Positions 48,432 to 57,761 are shown, counted from the first letter of the stretch. The stretch: DNA of 64,000 nucleotides from Treponema sp. OMZ 838 (GCF_000775995.1 NZ_CP009227.1:1902296-1966295), one strand, 5' to 3'. Numbers and translations: made by a program. The notes: generated by a model not told the origin, from the sequence alone.

Positions 48432-49928
48432 TTATCTACGGTTCTGTATATATTCTTTTCTGAGCTTATCGGCAATACCGCTCTTTTGAATATGGTGAAT
48501 AAGATTTGCATGCGGAAACGGTATGGTTTTGATATCTTTATCATATTCTGTAATTTTTCCGGTTTCATTAAAAAGCGGACGCCCTTCTATTTTGCCGAAC
48601 TTAATAAACTGTATCCAGTCCTTTTGAATTGCAATAACGGCAGCCTTATTTTCATCGGTAATGTGTATATTCATGTTATCTATGGTGCCGAAGAAAAATG
48701 CAAGTTCCGCCCCATGATATGAGCCGCGAAGTCCATTATATAGATTAGGAATATAATTCATTCTATATCCGTATACGGGAGATTTTTCTCCGATTTTTTC
48801 CATGAGGAACAGTGCACTTGAGTGAAATACAAGCAACTCCATGATTTGAATTTGTAAGTCTACGATTCCGTTCGCTTCCGGTTTTAGTTCGGATTCAAGA
48901 GAATCTGCAAATTCTCCGTATTTTTTCAACAGAAATTCTTTTAAATGTTCTTTGTTCTTTGTAATTCCAAGGGCTTTGTAGTACATCGGTAATTCAATCA
49001 TGGAAAATTCATCTTTATTTGACCCTATCAGTACCGGCATACAAGGGAATGATCCTCGTTCCAACAGATTCATCGGGTGCTCTGTAAAAAACTTGCCGTC
49101 AATGATATCATTTTGACCTCCTTTTAGTTTCATCAATTTTTTAGCCGACAATTTTTTCAGGTCTTCAAGTCCGTTTAAATGATTTTTTGACAGCATTTTT
49201 TCATATTCATTTTTTGCGAAATCATATTCAGACAGTATCGGGACATTTCCCGCACAAAGCATGAGTTTATGAAACAGATTATTACTCAGCGGATTTAAAT
49301 AATGATACAGGGCTGCGACTGCGCCTCCGCAATGCCCCATAAGTGTAATGTTTGTATTATCTCCGCCGAATGAGTTGATATTATTATGAATCCAAGTTAA
49401 AGCTGCTTGCTGATCAAGGTAGGAAAGCGACCCTCTTACTTCTCCTTTTTCAAAAACAGGCATATAGCCGAAGTTTCCTATTCGATAAGTAATTGTAACC
49501 GCTACAATACCTTGTTCGGCAATATGCGCCATTGTGTATATCGGAACCGTTCCCGATCCTTCTCCTCCGCCGTGTAAAAATACAAGCACCGGTTTCTTTT
49601 TCGTAAAATTGTCAGGTGCCCATATGTTTACTACAAATGCATTTTCCGTTTGGGTATCTTTTAACGGTTGAAATTCCGGACGCAGCATATGATGTTTCAT
49701 TAAAATATTTAAAAACAGCGGATATTTTCTCTGCGGAAAGCATACTGTCTCCGTTCGGTTAATTACTGTTTCCGGTGTATAGTCTTTTTTATTAAGAATT
49801 TTTGCATATTCAAATCTTTTTCCTTGTGCATAGGGGACGCTCAATATAGAATACACTGTTCTGCCTTCTTCCGTTTTTCCGACTATATCCGCATATACTC
49901 TGCCGATTTCTGTCTGTACTGTTTTCAT
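48432..49928 (-). CDS. type-B carboxylesterase family protein with GHCGG in place of the GESAG nucleophile elbow
   Basis: COesterase family (FLHGGGEGSG oxyanion region; FGGDNTNITLMGHCGGAVAA aligns to FGGDPxNITxFGESAGG). The Cys codon is at 49329-49331. Confidence 0.8.
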   Translation of the reverse strand: MKTVQTEIGRVYADIVGKTEEGRTVYSILSVPYAQGKRFEYAKILNKKDYTPETVINRTETVCFPQRKYPLFLNILMKHHMLRPEFQPLKDTQTENAFVVNIWAPDNFTKKKPVLVFLHGGGEGSGTVPIYTMAHIAEQGIVAVTITYRIGNFGYMPVFEKGEVRGSLSYLDQQAALTWIHNNINSFGGDNTNITLMGHCGGAVAALYHYLNPLSNNLFHKLMLCAGNVPILSEYDFAKNEYEKMLSKNHLNGLEDLKKLSAKKLMKLKGGQNDIIDGKFFTEHPMNLLERGSFPCMPVLIGSNKDEFSMIELPMYYKALGITKNKEHLKEFLLKKYGEFADSLESELKPEANGIVDLQIQIMELLVFHSSALFLMEKIGEKSPVYGYRMNYIPNLYNGLRGSYHGAELAFFFGTIDNMNIHITDENKAAVIAIQKDWIQFIKFGKIEGRPLFNETGKITEYDKDIKTIPFPHANLIHHIQKSGIADKLRKEYIQNRR

Positions 49929-50171
49929 TTTATATCTCCGTTATGCCAATTTTTATCTCTTCTTATTTATAAATAGTATATCGTTTTTAAGATACATTTT
50001 CTATCAGTCGGCAGATCAACGTCGGATTGCCTATATTCTCAATACTTATATTTTTTTGTATAATCGCATAGTGTCAATTAAAAGCGATTTTTTCAGGGGA
50101 TTCCGAATAAGTGATAGGGCATCTCGAAAACCTGACCTTGAGCGAATTTGTTCGAGACTTAAAGAAACGAT

Positions 50172-50588
50172 ATGAGAGAATCGAATCAATTAAAAGAATG
50201 TCAGAAACTTTGGGCAGTACATAAGTATCTCGTTCTCAGCAAGTCCGGCTCTATTTATAACGAGATTCGCGAGTATTTAAAGCGGGAGAATGCACAAGTG
50301 CAGCATGTGTTGACTCTCATTGATCAGGCGTGCACTTTACCGGAGGATCGAGGACAAGTCTGCAACGCGTTTCAGCATATCTGGGGATATTTTAAGAAGC
50401 AGGCTACTCAGGATGAAAAGGCGGAGTTTATGTATTGTTTGGAGCAATATCGCAGCGGTCAGGCGGAACAGGAAATTTTGTTGGGCGCTGTGCGCAAGCT
50501 CCTTGCAGTCTACCCTAACAAGTATTTGCAGCAATCGCATCTATTATTCGGAGAACAAGATGAGACTGTGGCATCAAGATATGATTAG
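50172..50588 (+). CDS. DUF1722 (YbgA-like) protein
   Basis: About 138 aa; the QHIWGYFKK region resembles the YbgA/DUF1722 core. That family is usually adjacent to UV-repair genes. Confidence 0.45.
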   Translation: MRESNQLKECQKLWAVHKYLVLSKSGSIYNEIREYLKRENAQVQHVLTLIDQACTLPEDRGQVCNAFQHIWGYFKKQATQDEKAEFMYCLEQYRSGQAEQEILLGAVRKLLAVYPNKYLQQSHLLFGEQDETVASRYD

Positions 50589-50925
50589 CAAACTCCCGCG
50601 TCAACAGCTGTTGGGACAACATAGGGAGTGTTGTGCCTTGCGCGGAAACGGCTGGGGCAGGCAGCATGCAACTGTCAATTATGTTTTTCGTTATTCACCC
50701 TATCTGCTTTATTGTTATCACCGACTCATTATGGCAGAGATGAATCGGCGAGGCTACAGGGTCAGTCCGGAGTGGTTGGACAAAGACTATCGCGGCAGGA
50801 GATGTCCGTCATATAACAATTTAGCGGTCATCGAAGTACTCAACCCCATATATACTGAACATGATGATTGCTATTATCGTGAGTGTCTCAAGAATTTGGA
50901 AACCAAGGGAATTCATTTGGATTAA
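50560..50925 (+). CDS. pyrimidine-dimer DNA glycosylase-like protein (T4 endonuclease V / DenV family, TIGR02328-like)
   Basis: N-terminal MRLWHQDMISKLPRQQLLGQHRECCALRG matches my memory of bacterial DenV-like proteins. It is the 3' portion of the listed ORF 50320..50925. Confidence 0.5.
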   Translation: MRLWHQDMISKLPRQQLLGQHRECCALRGNGWGRQHATVNYVFRYSPYLLYCYHRLIMAEMNRRGYRVSPEWLDKDYRGRRCPSYNNLAVIEVLNPIYTEHDDCYYRECLKNLETKGIHLD

Positions 50926-50944
50926 GTAGGGTAACATCAAATGT

Positions 50945-51295
50945 ATGGAACTTTGTATGGATAAAAGCGAAAAGCTCATTAAATATATACTGGGGGACTC
51001 CATAGCCCTAGACATCACTCTTTGTGTATGCTTTGTTATCGGTTTTTCACTGGGACTTGGAAGTGTGGAGATCGGCTTTTTTATGGTAGGTCTTGTTTTC
51101 CGGTACGGACTAACCATAGCCATCATCAGCATTTTATTGAAGTTTGCTGTTATTGCTTTGAGTTTTCAAAGAGATACAAATATAAAAAGAAAGTCATGGT
51201 CCATCGCTTTTCTGTCTCTGGTAAGGCTGTTGATTATAGGCGGAGTAATCTGGGGAATTTACTTTATCGGTAAGGTGATGACTGCCGTAGGATAA
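50945..51295 (+). CDS. small hypothetical membrane protein
   Basis: 116 aa, three hydrophobic helices. Confidence 0.3.
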   Translation: MELCMDKSEKLIKYILGDSIALDITLCVCFVIGFSLGLGSVEIGFFMVGLVFRYGLTIAIISILLKFAVIALSFQRDTNIKRKSWSIAFLSLVRLLIIGGVIWGIYFIGKVMTAVG

Positions 51296-51365
51296 CCCAT
51301 CGCTAACCCTTTTAATATCTTTTTTTGCTCATCTCTTACAGCAACAAAGCTCTTCGAACAAAAAT

Positions 51366-51983
51366 CTATTGAATGAATCTTCTAAACCAAGTATCCAAAA
51401 AATTCATTTGTTCTTCAGTATGAAACCAATGTTCTCCATTATCAAAAACCGTTAGGTCCGCATGTATTTTATTCGCAAAATTCGTCATTGTCTCTAAAGA
51501 AGTCATATCGTCTTTTTTACCGTAAAGAATGCCGGTAGGAATGTTCCATGCTATAGGATTTTTTCTAACAAAAGAAAGATATTCCCACGATAAAGGTTCG
51601 CCGAACGGAATGTTGATGATTTTTTTCAGTCTAAGTTTTTCTTCAGATATCTTTGCCCGTTTCATCATGTGTAAAATGATATTTTCCATATCGACAATGG
51701 GGGAAACAAACAGTGCTTTTTTGATCGGTTTTTCCGATAAGGACAACATAGAAAAATATGCCCCTATACTGTTTGCAATTAATAGGATTTCATTATAATT
51801 CGGAATAATGGAATCAAAATAGTTTTGAAATTCTTCATTGGCCTGCCAAGGTAATTCCGATTCATAATTAAAACCTAAAAGCTCATAATCATCATTAAAA
51901 AACTTTTTATAGTAAAGCGCTTCATCGGCAGAACCGCCTTTTCCGTGTATATATACAACCGCATTTTTCATACAAAACTCCAC
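51366..51983 (-). CDS. alpha/beta-hydrolase fold esterase
   Basis: Nucleophile elbow IANSIGAY and a C-terminal D ... H (FDNGEHWFH). Confidence 0.65.
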   Translation of the reverse strand: MEFCMKNAVVYIHGKGGSADEALYYKKFFNDDYELLGFNYESELPWQANEEFQNYFDSIIPNYNEILLIANSIGAYFSMLSLSEKPIKKALFVSPIVDMENIILHMMKRAKISEEKLRLKKIINIPFGEPLSWEYLSFVRKNPIAWNIPTGILYGKKDDMTSLETMTNFANKIHADLTVFDNGEHWFHTEEQMNFLDTWFRRFIQ

Positions 51984-52059
51984 CGCATTCTAAACGAAAT
52001 ATGGATAGTGCTCAATACTTGTGATATAATGCGGGCAGCTAAAGATCGGCCGGGGAGTT

Positions 52060-52257
52060 ATGATTATGGTAAGAGAAGCGGTTAAAGAAGATTTGTCTGA
52101 ATTATTGAATCTATATCTGTTTTTACACGAAAAAGATATTCCGGAAAATTCAAGTCGTCTGGAAAATACATGGAACACAATTATTGAAGATGAGAATCAT
52201 CATATCATCGTCAATGAAATAAACGGTAAAATCGAAATCCGAGGAGATGATTTTTAG
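52060..52257 (+). pseudogene. N-terminal fragment of a GNAT acetyltransferase (65 aa)
   Basis: MIMVREAVKEDLSELLNLY-type GNAT N-terminus; ends before the acetyl-CoA binding motif. Confidence 0.4.
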
Positions 52258-52260
52258 ACG

Positions 52261-52950
52261 ATGGAAACAGTGATTATACACGGACAAAATCATAAGGGAT
52301 CAACATATCATATTGCGAACAATCTGGCATTGAAAGTCGGGGGAAACATAAAAGAGTTTTTTTTGCCGAAAGATTTCGGTGAGTTTTGTACCGGTTGTAC
52401 AAAGTGTTTTTTAGAATCGGAAAAACAATGTCCGCATTTCGACAGACTTAACCCTATTACCGAGACGATAGACAAAGCCGATTTGATTATTCTTGCAAGT
52501 CCCGTATATGTAATGCACCCAACGGGTTCTATGAAAGCATTTTTAGATCATTACGGATATCGTTGGATGGTACACCGGCCGGAGGAAACAATGTTTTCGA
52601 AGCAGGGTGTGTGTATTTCCACTGCCGCGGGTGGGGGTATGAAATCTGCAAATAAAGATATGGCAGACAGTTTGTTTTTTTGGGGAGTTGCTGAAATTTA
52701 CACATACGGCAAAGCTGTTCAGGCTGTAAAATGGCAAGATGTAAGTGAAAAAGATAAAAAATCCATAGATAAAGCATTAAGCTCTCTTGCAAAAAAAATT
52801 ACCGATAAGTACGGTAAAGCGAAGCCCGGAATAAAAACAAAACTGATGTTCAATATCATACGCCTCTTACAAAATAAAATCCGGAATCGGGCAGATACGG
52901 ATTATTGGCAGGAAAAGGGATGGCGGGATAAAAACCGTCCGTGGAAATAA
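52261..52950 (+). CDS. flavodoxin-like fold NAD(P)H-dependent FMN reductase family protein
   Basis: IIHGQNHKGST ... LIILASPVY pattern of the FMN_red / iron-sulfur flavoprotein family. Confidence 0.65.
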   Translation: METVIIHGQNHKGSTYHIANNLALKVGGNIKEFFLPKDFGEFCTGCTKCFLESEKQCPHFDRLNPITETIDKADLIILASPVYVMHPTGSMKAFLDHYGYRWMVHRPEETMFSKQGVCISTAAGGGMKSANKDMADSLFFWGVAEIYTYGKAVQAVKWQDVSEKDKKSIDKALSSLAKKITDKYGKAKPGIKTKLMFNIIRLLQNKIRNRADTDYWQEKGWRDKNRPWK

Positions 52951-53069
52951 TGATAAACTTTGGAAATATTCTATAGGGCACCTTTGAAAACCAACCGGGT
53001 TTTTAGAGATGCCGCATAGTAACTTGAAAGTTTAGTTGATAAATTCAACCATCCACCCTTTTCCTGAAC

Positions 53070-54011
53070 TCAGCTTTCCAATATTCTCCCTATATGGCGT
53101 TTTTCAAAGAACATATCTTTGTTTGTAAAAACGATAATTACAGCGGCAACTGTAACACAGATTGTTTCGACGCATTTTGTCGTTTGGGTCATCGCAATCT
53201 TTTCCTGCATGAAGTTTACAAAAAGGTGAAAAATAATACTTGCAAGCATGCTTCGGTTATTTTTCACGTAAACCCATGTTGTTATAAAACCGAACGGAAT
53301 AACGGAAATAAAAAAGTTGAACATATACAAAACATTTATTTCACGTATTCCAAAATGGTAGGTGCCTGGGATGAAAAACAGCGGTAGGTGCCATAATGCC
53401 CATACAAAGCCGAATATAATCGATTCTGTGAACCAACTGCAATATTGAGCGATTGAGTCTTCACCGTAACCGCGCCAACCTACTTCTTCCAAAACCGAAG
53501 CAAGCAAAATCGTTAAAAATGCGGAAGTGACTCCTGCTCCGGTAAAAGAAAAACCCTCCGTGACGGAAAACTGATTTAAAGACTGCCCCCACAACGTTGA
53601 AAGTAAAATTGAGCAGCTGACTATCAGTGCAAAAACAATTACGGCAGCAAAAATGTATTTCAGTCTTAATTTATAAAACCTGAAGATCTTGCGTTTAAAG
53701 TCCGCTTTTAGTTCTTTACTTTTTGAACCAAACACGGTGATGAGTGCAATTATTGCCGGTGAAAGGAGTCCGAGCAGCATTGTGAGTGTACAAATAAAAC
53801 CTTCTTTAAAAATAAGCGCGCAAAACCAAAAGCCCCATGTTGCTAGAATGGTCGTAACATAAAACCTTACGGGTCTGTATATATAGGGTTTGTTTATGCA
53901 ATCTACCGATATGGTTATTGCCTGACGATTTTGACTGCATTTTTCTGTAAGTTCTTCCTGCACAAGATTCTTTTGCTGTCGCAAGGTTTCTGATTTTTTC
54001 GAAAAGTTCAT
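53070..54011 (-). CDS. CPBP family intramembrane metalloprotease (CAAX protease / Abi)
   Basis: Motifs EExxxR (LEEVGWRGY), FxxxH (FVWALWHLPLFF) and HLFVN. Confidence 0.8.
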   Translation of the reverse strand: MNFSKKSETLRQQKNLVQEELTEKCSQNRQAITISVDCINKPYIYRPVRFYVTTILATWGFWFCALIFKEGFICTLTMLLGLLSPAIIALITVFGSKSKELKADFKRKIFRFYKLRLKYIFAAVIVFALIVSCSILLSTLWGQSLNQFSVTEGFSFTGAGVTSAFLTILLASVLEEVGWRGYGEDSIAQYCSWFTESIIFGFVWALWHLPLFFIPGTYHFGIREINVLYMFNFFISVIPFGFITTWVYVKNNRSMLASIIFHLFVNFMQEKIAMTQTTKCVETICVTVAAVIIVFTNKDMFFEKRHIGRILES

Positions 54012-54144
54012 AATCCATCTCCTTCACGGATGTTCTTCGGCATCCGTAATGTTAGACGGATAATAACCTTGCAGCTGCAATTATGAAAGAAATGATACAT
54101 TACAATCCGAGAAATTTTCGCTACTTATAGTAGCAGGGGATGTC

Positions 54145-54930
54145 TCAAGACATCAATTTGTTATAAATGGCTTCATCCTGTTTGCTGAATACATTAAACA
54201 CGATTTTCATTGTGCTGTTGTTTTTTGCTTTCCAGTCTTCAACCGTTGAGACGGCAATCTCCGCAGCTTTTTGAGCAGGGAACCGGAACACACCGGTGGA
54301 AATACAGCAAAAGGCAACAGATCCTACGCCGTTTTCCGCTGCGAGGTTCAGACAGGACGTGTAGCAGTTTGCAAGCAGCGTGCAGTCGCGGTCGGTAAGT
54401 TGACCGCTGATAATCGGCCCTACGGTATGCAGCACATACTTACATGGCAGGTTAAACGCAGGCGTAATCTTTGCTGTTCCGATCGGCTCTTTGTGTCCTT
54501 GTTTTTGCATAATGTCGGCACACACGGCGCGCAGCTGAATACCTGCGAAGGTGTGGATGCAGTTGTCGATACATGCATGGCAGGGTTGCCAGCATCCGGT
54601 CATACCGCTGTTCGCCGCGTTCACAATCGCATCGACCTTAAGCGTTGTAATGTCACCCCGCCACACATACCAATCCCCGTTACCCCGTCCGGTAGCCGGT
54701 TTTAAATTGGCAAGGTCGGTAATGCCGCGCTGCCGGATCGCTTCCTGCAAATAGCTGTCCTGTATGCGCAAGAATTCTTCGCTTGTATGCTGCGGCGGAC
54801 GAACGTTCATCAGAGAACGGAGCAGGTTCTTCTGTTCATCCTCATCATTCGGCATCTGCACATCGCGATAGTTGGGATTTTCCCTTAAAAGATATTCGAT
54901 TAAAAAAATACGCCGTTCCTTTTGTGTCAT
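54145..54930 (-). CDS. macro-domain protein (ADP-ribose / protein-ADP-ribose hydrolase-like) with an N-terminal extension and a Cys-rich motif
   Basis: VDAIVNAANSGMTGC ... HTVGP ... macro-domain core with C..C.C.H between strands; about 80-aa N-terminal helical extension. Confidence 0.75.
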   Translation of the reverse strand: MTQKERRIFLIEYLLRENPNYRDVQMPNDEDEQKNLLRSLMNVRPPQHTSEEFLRIQDSYLQEAIRQRGITDLANLKPATGRGNGDWYVWRGDITTLKVDAIVNAANSGMTGCWQPCHACIDNCIHTFAGIQLRAVCADIMQKQGHKEPIGTAKITPAFNLPCKYVLHTVGPIISGQLTDRDCTLLANCYTSCLNLAAENGVGSVAFCCISTGVFRFPAQKAAEIAVSTVEDWKAKNNSTMKIVFNVFSKQDEAIYNKLMS

Positions 54931-54982
54931 CTTTCCCTTCCATAAAATGCATCAATATTTTGGAAATATACGACTCTCATTC

Positions 54983-55117
54983 TACCGCTGCTTACTATCG
55001 CCCCAGCCGTGCCAATGCCCGTGTATCGGGATCTACATCGTATTGTATTTCTTCATAGAGATTATCGTCAATACAGCGGCGTTCAATCATCTTTTCAATG
55101 ATGGTGTTGCGGCAGAG
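54983..55117. repeat. about 137-bp direct repeat, copy 1: orphan duplicate of the 3' end of gene 56461..57084
   Basis: About 96% identical to 56451-56589. Confidence 0.7.
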
Positions 55118-55209
55118 GGAATATTTGAAAAAGGAATTCAACATACAAAGGATTTCGTGTTATTGGCGGCTTTTGAGCTTACCATCACTGATCACCCCTG
55201 AATCTTCGA

Positions 55210-55288
55210 TTGACAAAGAACGGCAAATAATTATAATCACGCTAATAAAACCTTGTTTTGTAAATCCGATTTTACAAAACGAGGTTTT
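55210..55288 (+). promoter_or_regulatory. consensus sigma70 promoter TTGACA-N16-TATAAT, immediately followed by a 17-bp hairpin
   Basis: TTGACA at 55210, TATAAT at 55232, hairpin AAACCTTGTTTTGTAAA-TCCGAT-TTTACAAAACGAGGTTT at 55247-55288, then a roughly 130-nt leader before 55422. Confidence 0.5.
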
Positions 55289-55421
55289 CACTTCTTAATC
55301 TAAAGAGCGGTGATTCGTTGGATTCGATTATTGGCATTGGTAAAGGTATGTTTTGTTCGAGACCTATTCCAATGCATCTCTAATGCTTGATTCTAACACA
55401 TTTTTATTTTAGGAGTTTATA

Positions 55422-55901
55422 ATGATACACACCTACAAGGCGCGGATTTACAGGATTCTTGTAAATATCGCTATGGGATTGGCAGTTGCTGCAGTTATAA
55501 GTGTGGTTGCAGGTTTTTTTATATCGAGCAATATAATAAGAGCCCTTATTTTTATTGCTGTTCTGGCGGGATATGTTTGGCTTGTTATTATTGGTAATCT
55601 GATTACTATAGAAGTCGATGAAAAAACGCTGACTGTAAAAAAAGGCAAAAAAACGGATGTGTATGATCTTGCAACAACGGCCGTCAGAGCAGAACTCGTT
55701 ACCACAACATACGGCCGATCTCGAGCTGGCAGCGATACATCCTGCACACTGTATTTGACGAGGCAGGGTGAACAGGAAGTATCCGTTGATTGTGAACTTA
55801 TCGGTGTTTCCCAGTTTAACGAGTTGTTGGGGAATTTGGGGATTACGGGAGATACCGTAACTAAGCTCGAAGAACCGGTACACACTAAAGACAATAACTA
55901 G
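55422..55901 (+). CDS. hypothetical membrane protein
   Basis: 159 aa with two N-terminal TM helices; RBS GGAG. Confidence 0.4.
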   Translation: MIHTYKARIYRILVNIAMGLAVAAVISVVAGFFISSNIIRALIFIAVLAGYVWLVIIGNLITIEVDEKTLTVKKGKKTDVYDLATTAVRAELVTTTYGRSRAGSDTSCTLYLTRQGEQEVSVDCELIGVSQFNELLGNLGITGDTVTKLEEPVHTKDNN

Positions 55902-55911
55902 GAGAATTCAA

Positions 55912-56361
55912 ATGGCACGAGTTTATTATTTTATTATTATTCCAATAGCGGTGGCTATCTATCTGGCGTATATGTTTTTTAAAGTGAAAACCGATAAAGC
56001 GCACATTGCCGGCTGGCTGAATGAAAATCCGAATGCGGCAAAAGTATATATCGCCAAGCCCACTTCATTACTCGGCTTCCTGTCCAAAGCATGGAATCAT
56101 CTGAACGTTATTAGTGTAGACGGACAGCGCCCGCTCTTTTTTAGAGAAAAACTTTCGGTAGGTTTCTATGTTGCTGCCGGAACACATGTTGTTGAATCTT
56201 CTTTTTCAAAAACACGTCCCGGATTTTTTTACCGTACCGTTACAACATCCTACGGACCGAGCAAGCAGGAAATCAGCGTAGAGTCTGCAAAATCGTATAA
56301 CTACACCTTTGATAAAGGTGAAGAATCCTACCATTTTGAACAAATAAACGAGGTATTATAG
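55912..56361 (+). CDS. hypothetical membrane-anchored protein
   Basis: 149 aa with one N-terminal TM helix; RBS GGAG; terminator hairpin at 56410-56443. Confidence 0.4.
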   Translation: MARVYYFIIIPIAVAIYLAYMFFKVKTDKAHIAGWLNENPNAAKVYIAKPTSLLGFLSKAWNHLNVISVDGQRPLFFREKLSVGFYVAAGTHVVESSFSKTRPGFFYRTVTTSYGPSKQEISVESAKSYNYTFDKGEESYHFEQINEVL

Positions 56362-56409
56362 GTATCGATTTGTAATTCGGTTCGGATCAAGCCTATGAAA
56401 ATGATATGG

Positions 56410-56443
56410 GAAACCTCTAAAAACAGAAGTTTTTAGAGGTTTC
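56410..56443. terminator. bidirectional terminator GAAACCTCTAAAAAC-AGAA-GTTTTTAGAGGTTTC
   Basis: Perfect 15-bp inverted repeat between convergent genes. Confidence 0.6.
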
Positions 56444-56460
56444 TCTTTTACCACTGCTTA

Positions 56461-57084
56461 CTATCGCTCCCTCCGTGCCAATGCCCGTGTATCGGGATCT
56501 ACATCGTATTGTATTTCTTCATAGAGATTATCGTCAATACAGCGGCGTTCAATCATCTTTTCAACGATGGTGTTACGGCAGAGGGGGCATTTCATGTTAC
56601 GATACAGTATCCGGAGAATATCGTTAAACACGGGATCTTCGGCTAACGCCTTTGACTCTAGAGCCGTATGTTTTATCTCATGTATATCGAAGATAGTGCA
56701 CAGCTCAAGCAAGTTAAAAAGCTCAGTCTTTTTGTTTTCAGAGTAATATTTCAAGCAGACTTTTATAAAGGCATTTCTGGTATTGTCGTCATACCGGTCT
56801 TTTAAAAAATCATAGACGGCAGGATCATTGAAGGGAACAAGCGCTTCGATAATATCTTGCCGAAACGGCTTATTTTCAGTTGCTTCAAAAGAATCGAAGA
56901 GTACCTGTGCAGGAATTTTGATTTGCCGTTCTTCGAATAATCGGATAAGTCTTTTTTTCAACGGCAGTTCAGCTTCAAGAAATACATTCGAAAGTTTTTG
57001 GATATCGGCTTCGCTTGCACGTCTTCGTACCCATCTCCAAAGGCTGATACGTTCCAGTCGGGTTGGGGAGGGTTTTCTTTTCAA
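56461..57084 (-). CDS. hypothetical alpha-helical protein
   Basis: 207 aa; its 3' end is duplicated at 54983-55117; 4-nt overlap with the upstream gene. Confidence 0.4.
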   Translation of the reverse strand: MKRKPSPTRLERISLWRWVRRRASEADIQKLSNVFLEAELPLKKRLIRLFEERQIKIPAQVLFDSFEATENKPFRQDIIEALVPFNDPAVYDFLKDRYDDNTRNAFIKVCLKYYSENKKTELFNLLELCTIFDIHEIKHTALESKALAEDPVFNDILRILYRNMKCPLCRNTIVEKMIERRCIDDNLYEEIQYDVDPDTRALARRER

Positions 57085-57761
57085 CAGTGCAATGGCTGTA
57101 TCCGCCGTATACTGTTTTTGTTTTTCCTTCGTGTCTTTCGTTTTATGTGCGCGATTGCGAGATAGCGGTCGATTGCCGCATCATGTTCGTTGCGGAGCTT
57201 TTCTGTCAGCTCCGCTTCAGTGTATCCGATATCTTCCGCATATATATCGTAAAAAGTAGAGTCGATAAACTCTTTTTTATTATCTTCTGTAATATGGGTA
57301 CCGAAATAACGAGCGAGGTATACAACCGCCTCATATTTATCGAGTAGCAGTAAATCGCTCAAGCCGATCATGCCATTATACATATCTTCTTCGGCATACT
57401 GTTCGAATTTTTTGTACAGCTCGGTCTTATCGAACCGCCTCGACTCGGCGAGCTTCCGTACAAATCCGAATACCTGCAATTCGCCCCAATCTCTATCGTC
57501 CATTGTGTTAAAATATGCGATAACGCGCTCGTCGATTTTTTCTCTGTGCGGATATAATTCCAAGAGATCGTACAGATATTCGGTGCGGCTGCCTTCACAT
57601 TGCGGATCGTAGGCTTTGTTTTCTATAATGTTAGCATATAAGATTTCTTCAATTTGCTCCGAAGGTTGAATACAGCCTTTTTTCAGCAAAAGATACGGTA
57701 CACCGGTACCCTTCTCAAGTTCCTGTTCAAAAACGGTAATCATAGTTACTCCTATTTTCAA
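57081..57761 (-). CDS. hypothetical alpha-helical protein
   Basis: 226 aa, acidic, no motif. Confidence 0.4.
   Translation of the reverse strand: MKIGVTMITVFEQELEKGTGVPYLLLKKGCIQPSEQIEEILYANIIENKAYDPQCEGSRTEYLYDLLELYPHREKIDERVIAYFNTMDDRDWGELQVFGFVRKLAESRRFDKTELYKKFEQYAEEDMYNGMIGLSDLLLLDKYEAVVYLARYFGTHITEDNKKEFIDSTFYDIYAEDIGYTEAELTEKLRNEHDAAIDRYLAIAHIKRKTRRKNKNSIRRIQPLHC

Noticed and set aside
54872-55201. 109-aa plus-strand ORF across direct-repeat copy 1
   Set aside because: The underlying DNA is a duplicated minus-strand gene 3' end. The plus-strand frame is incidental.
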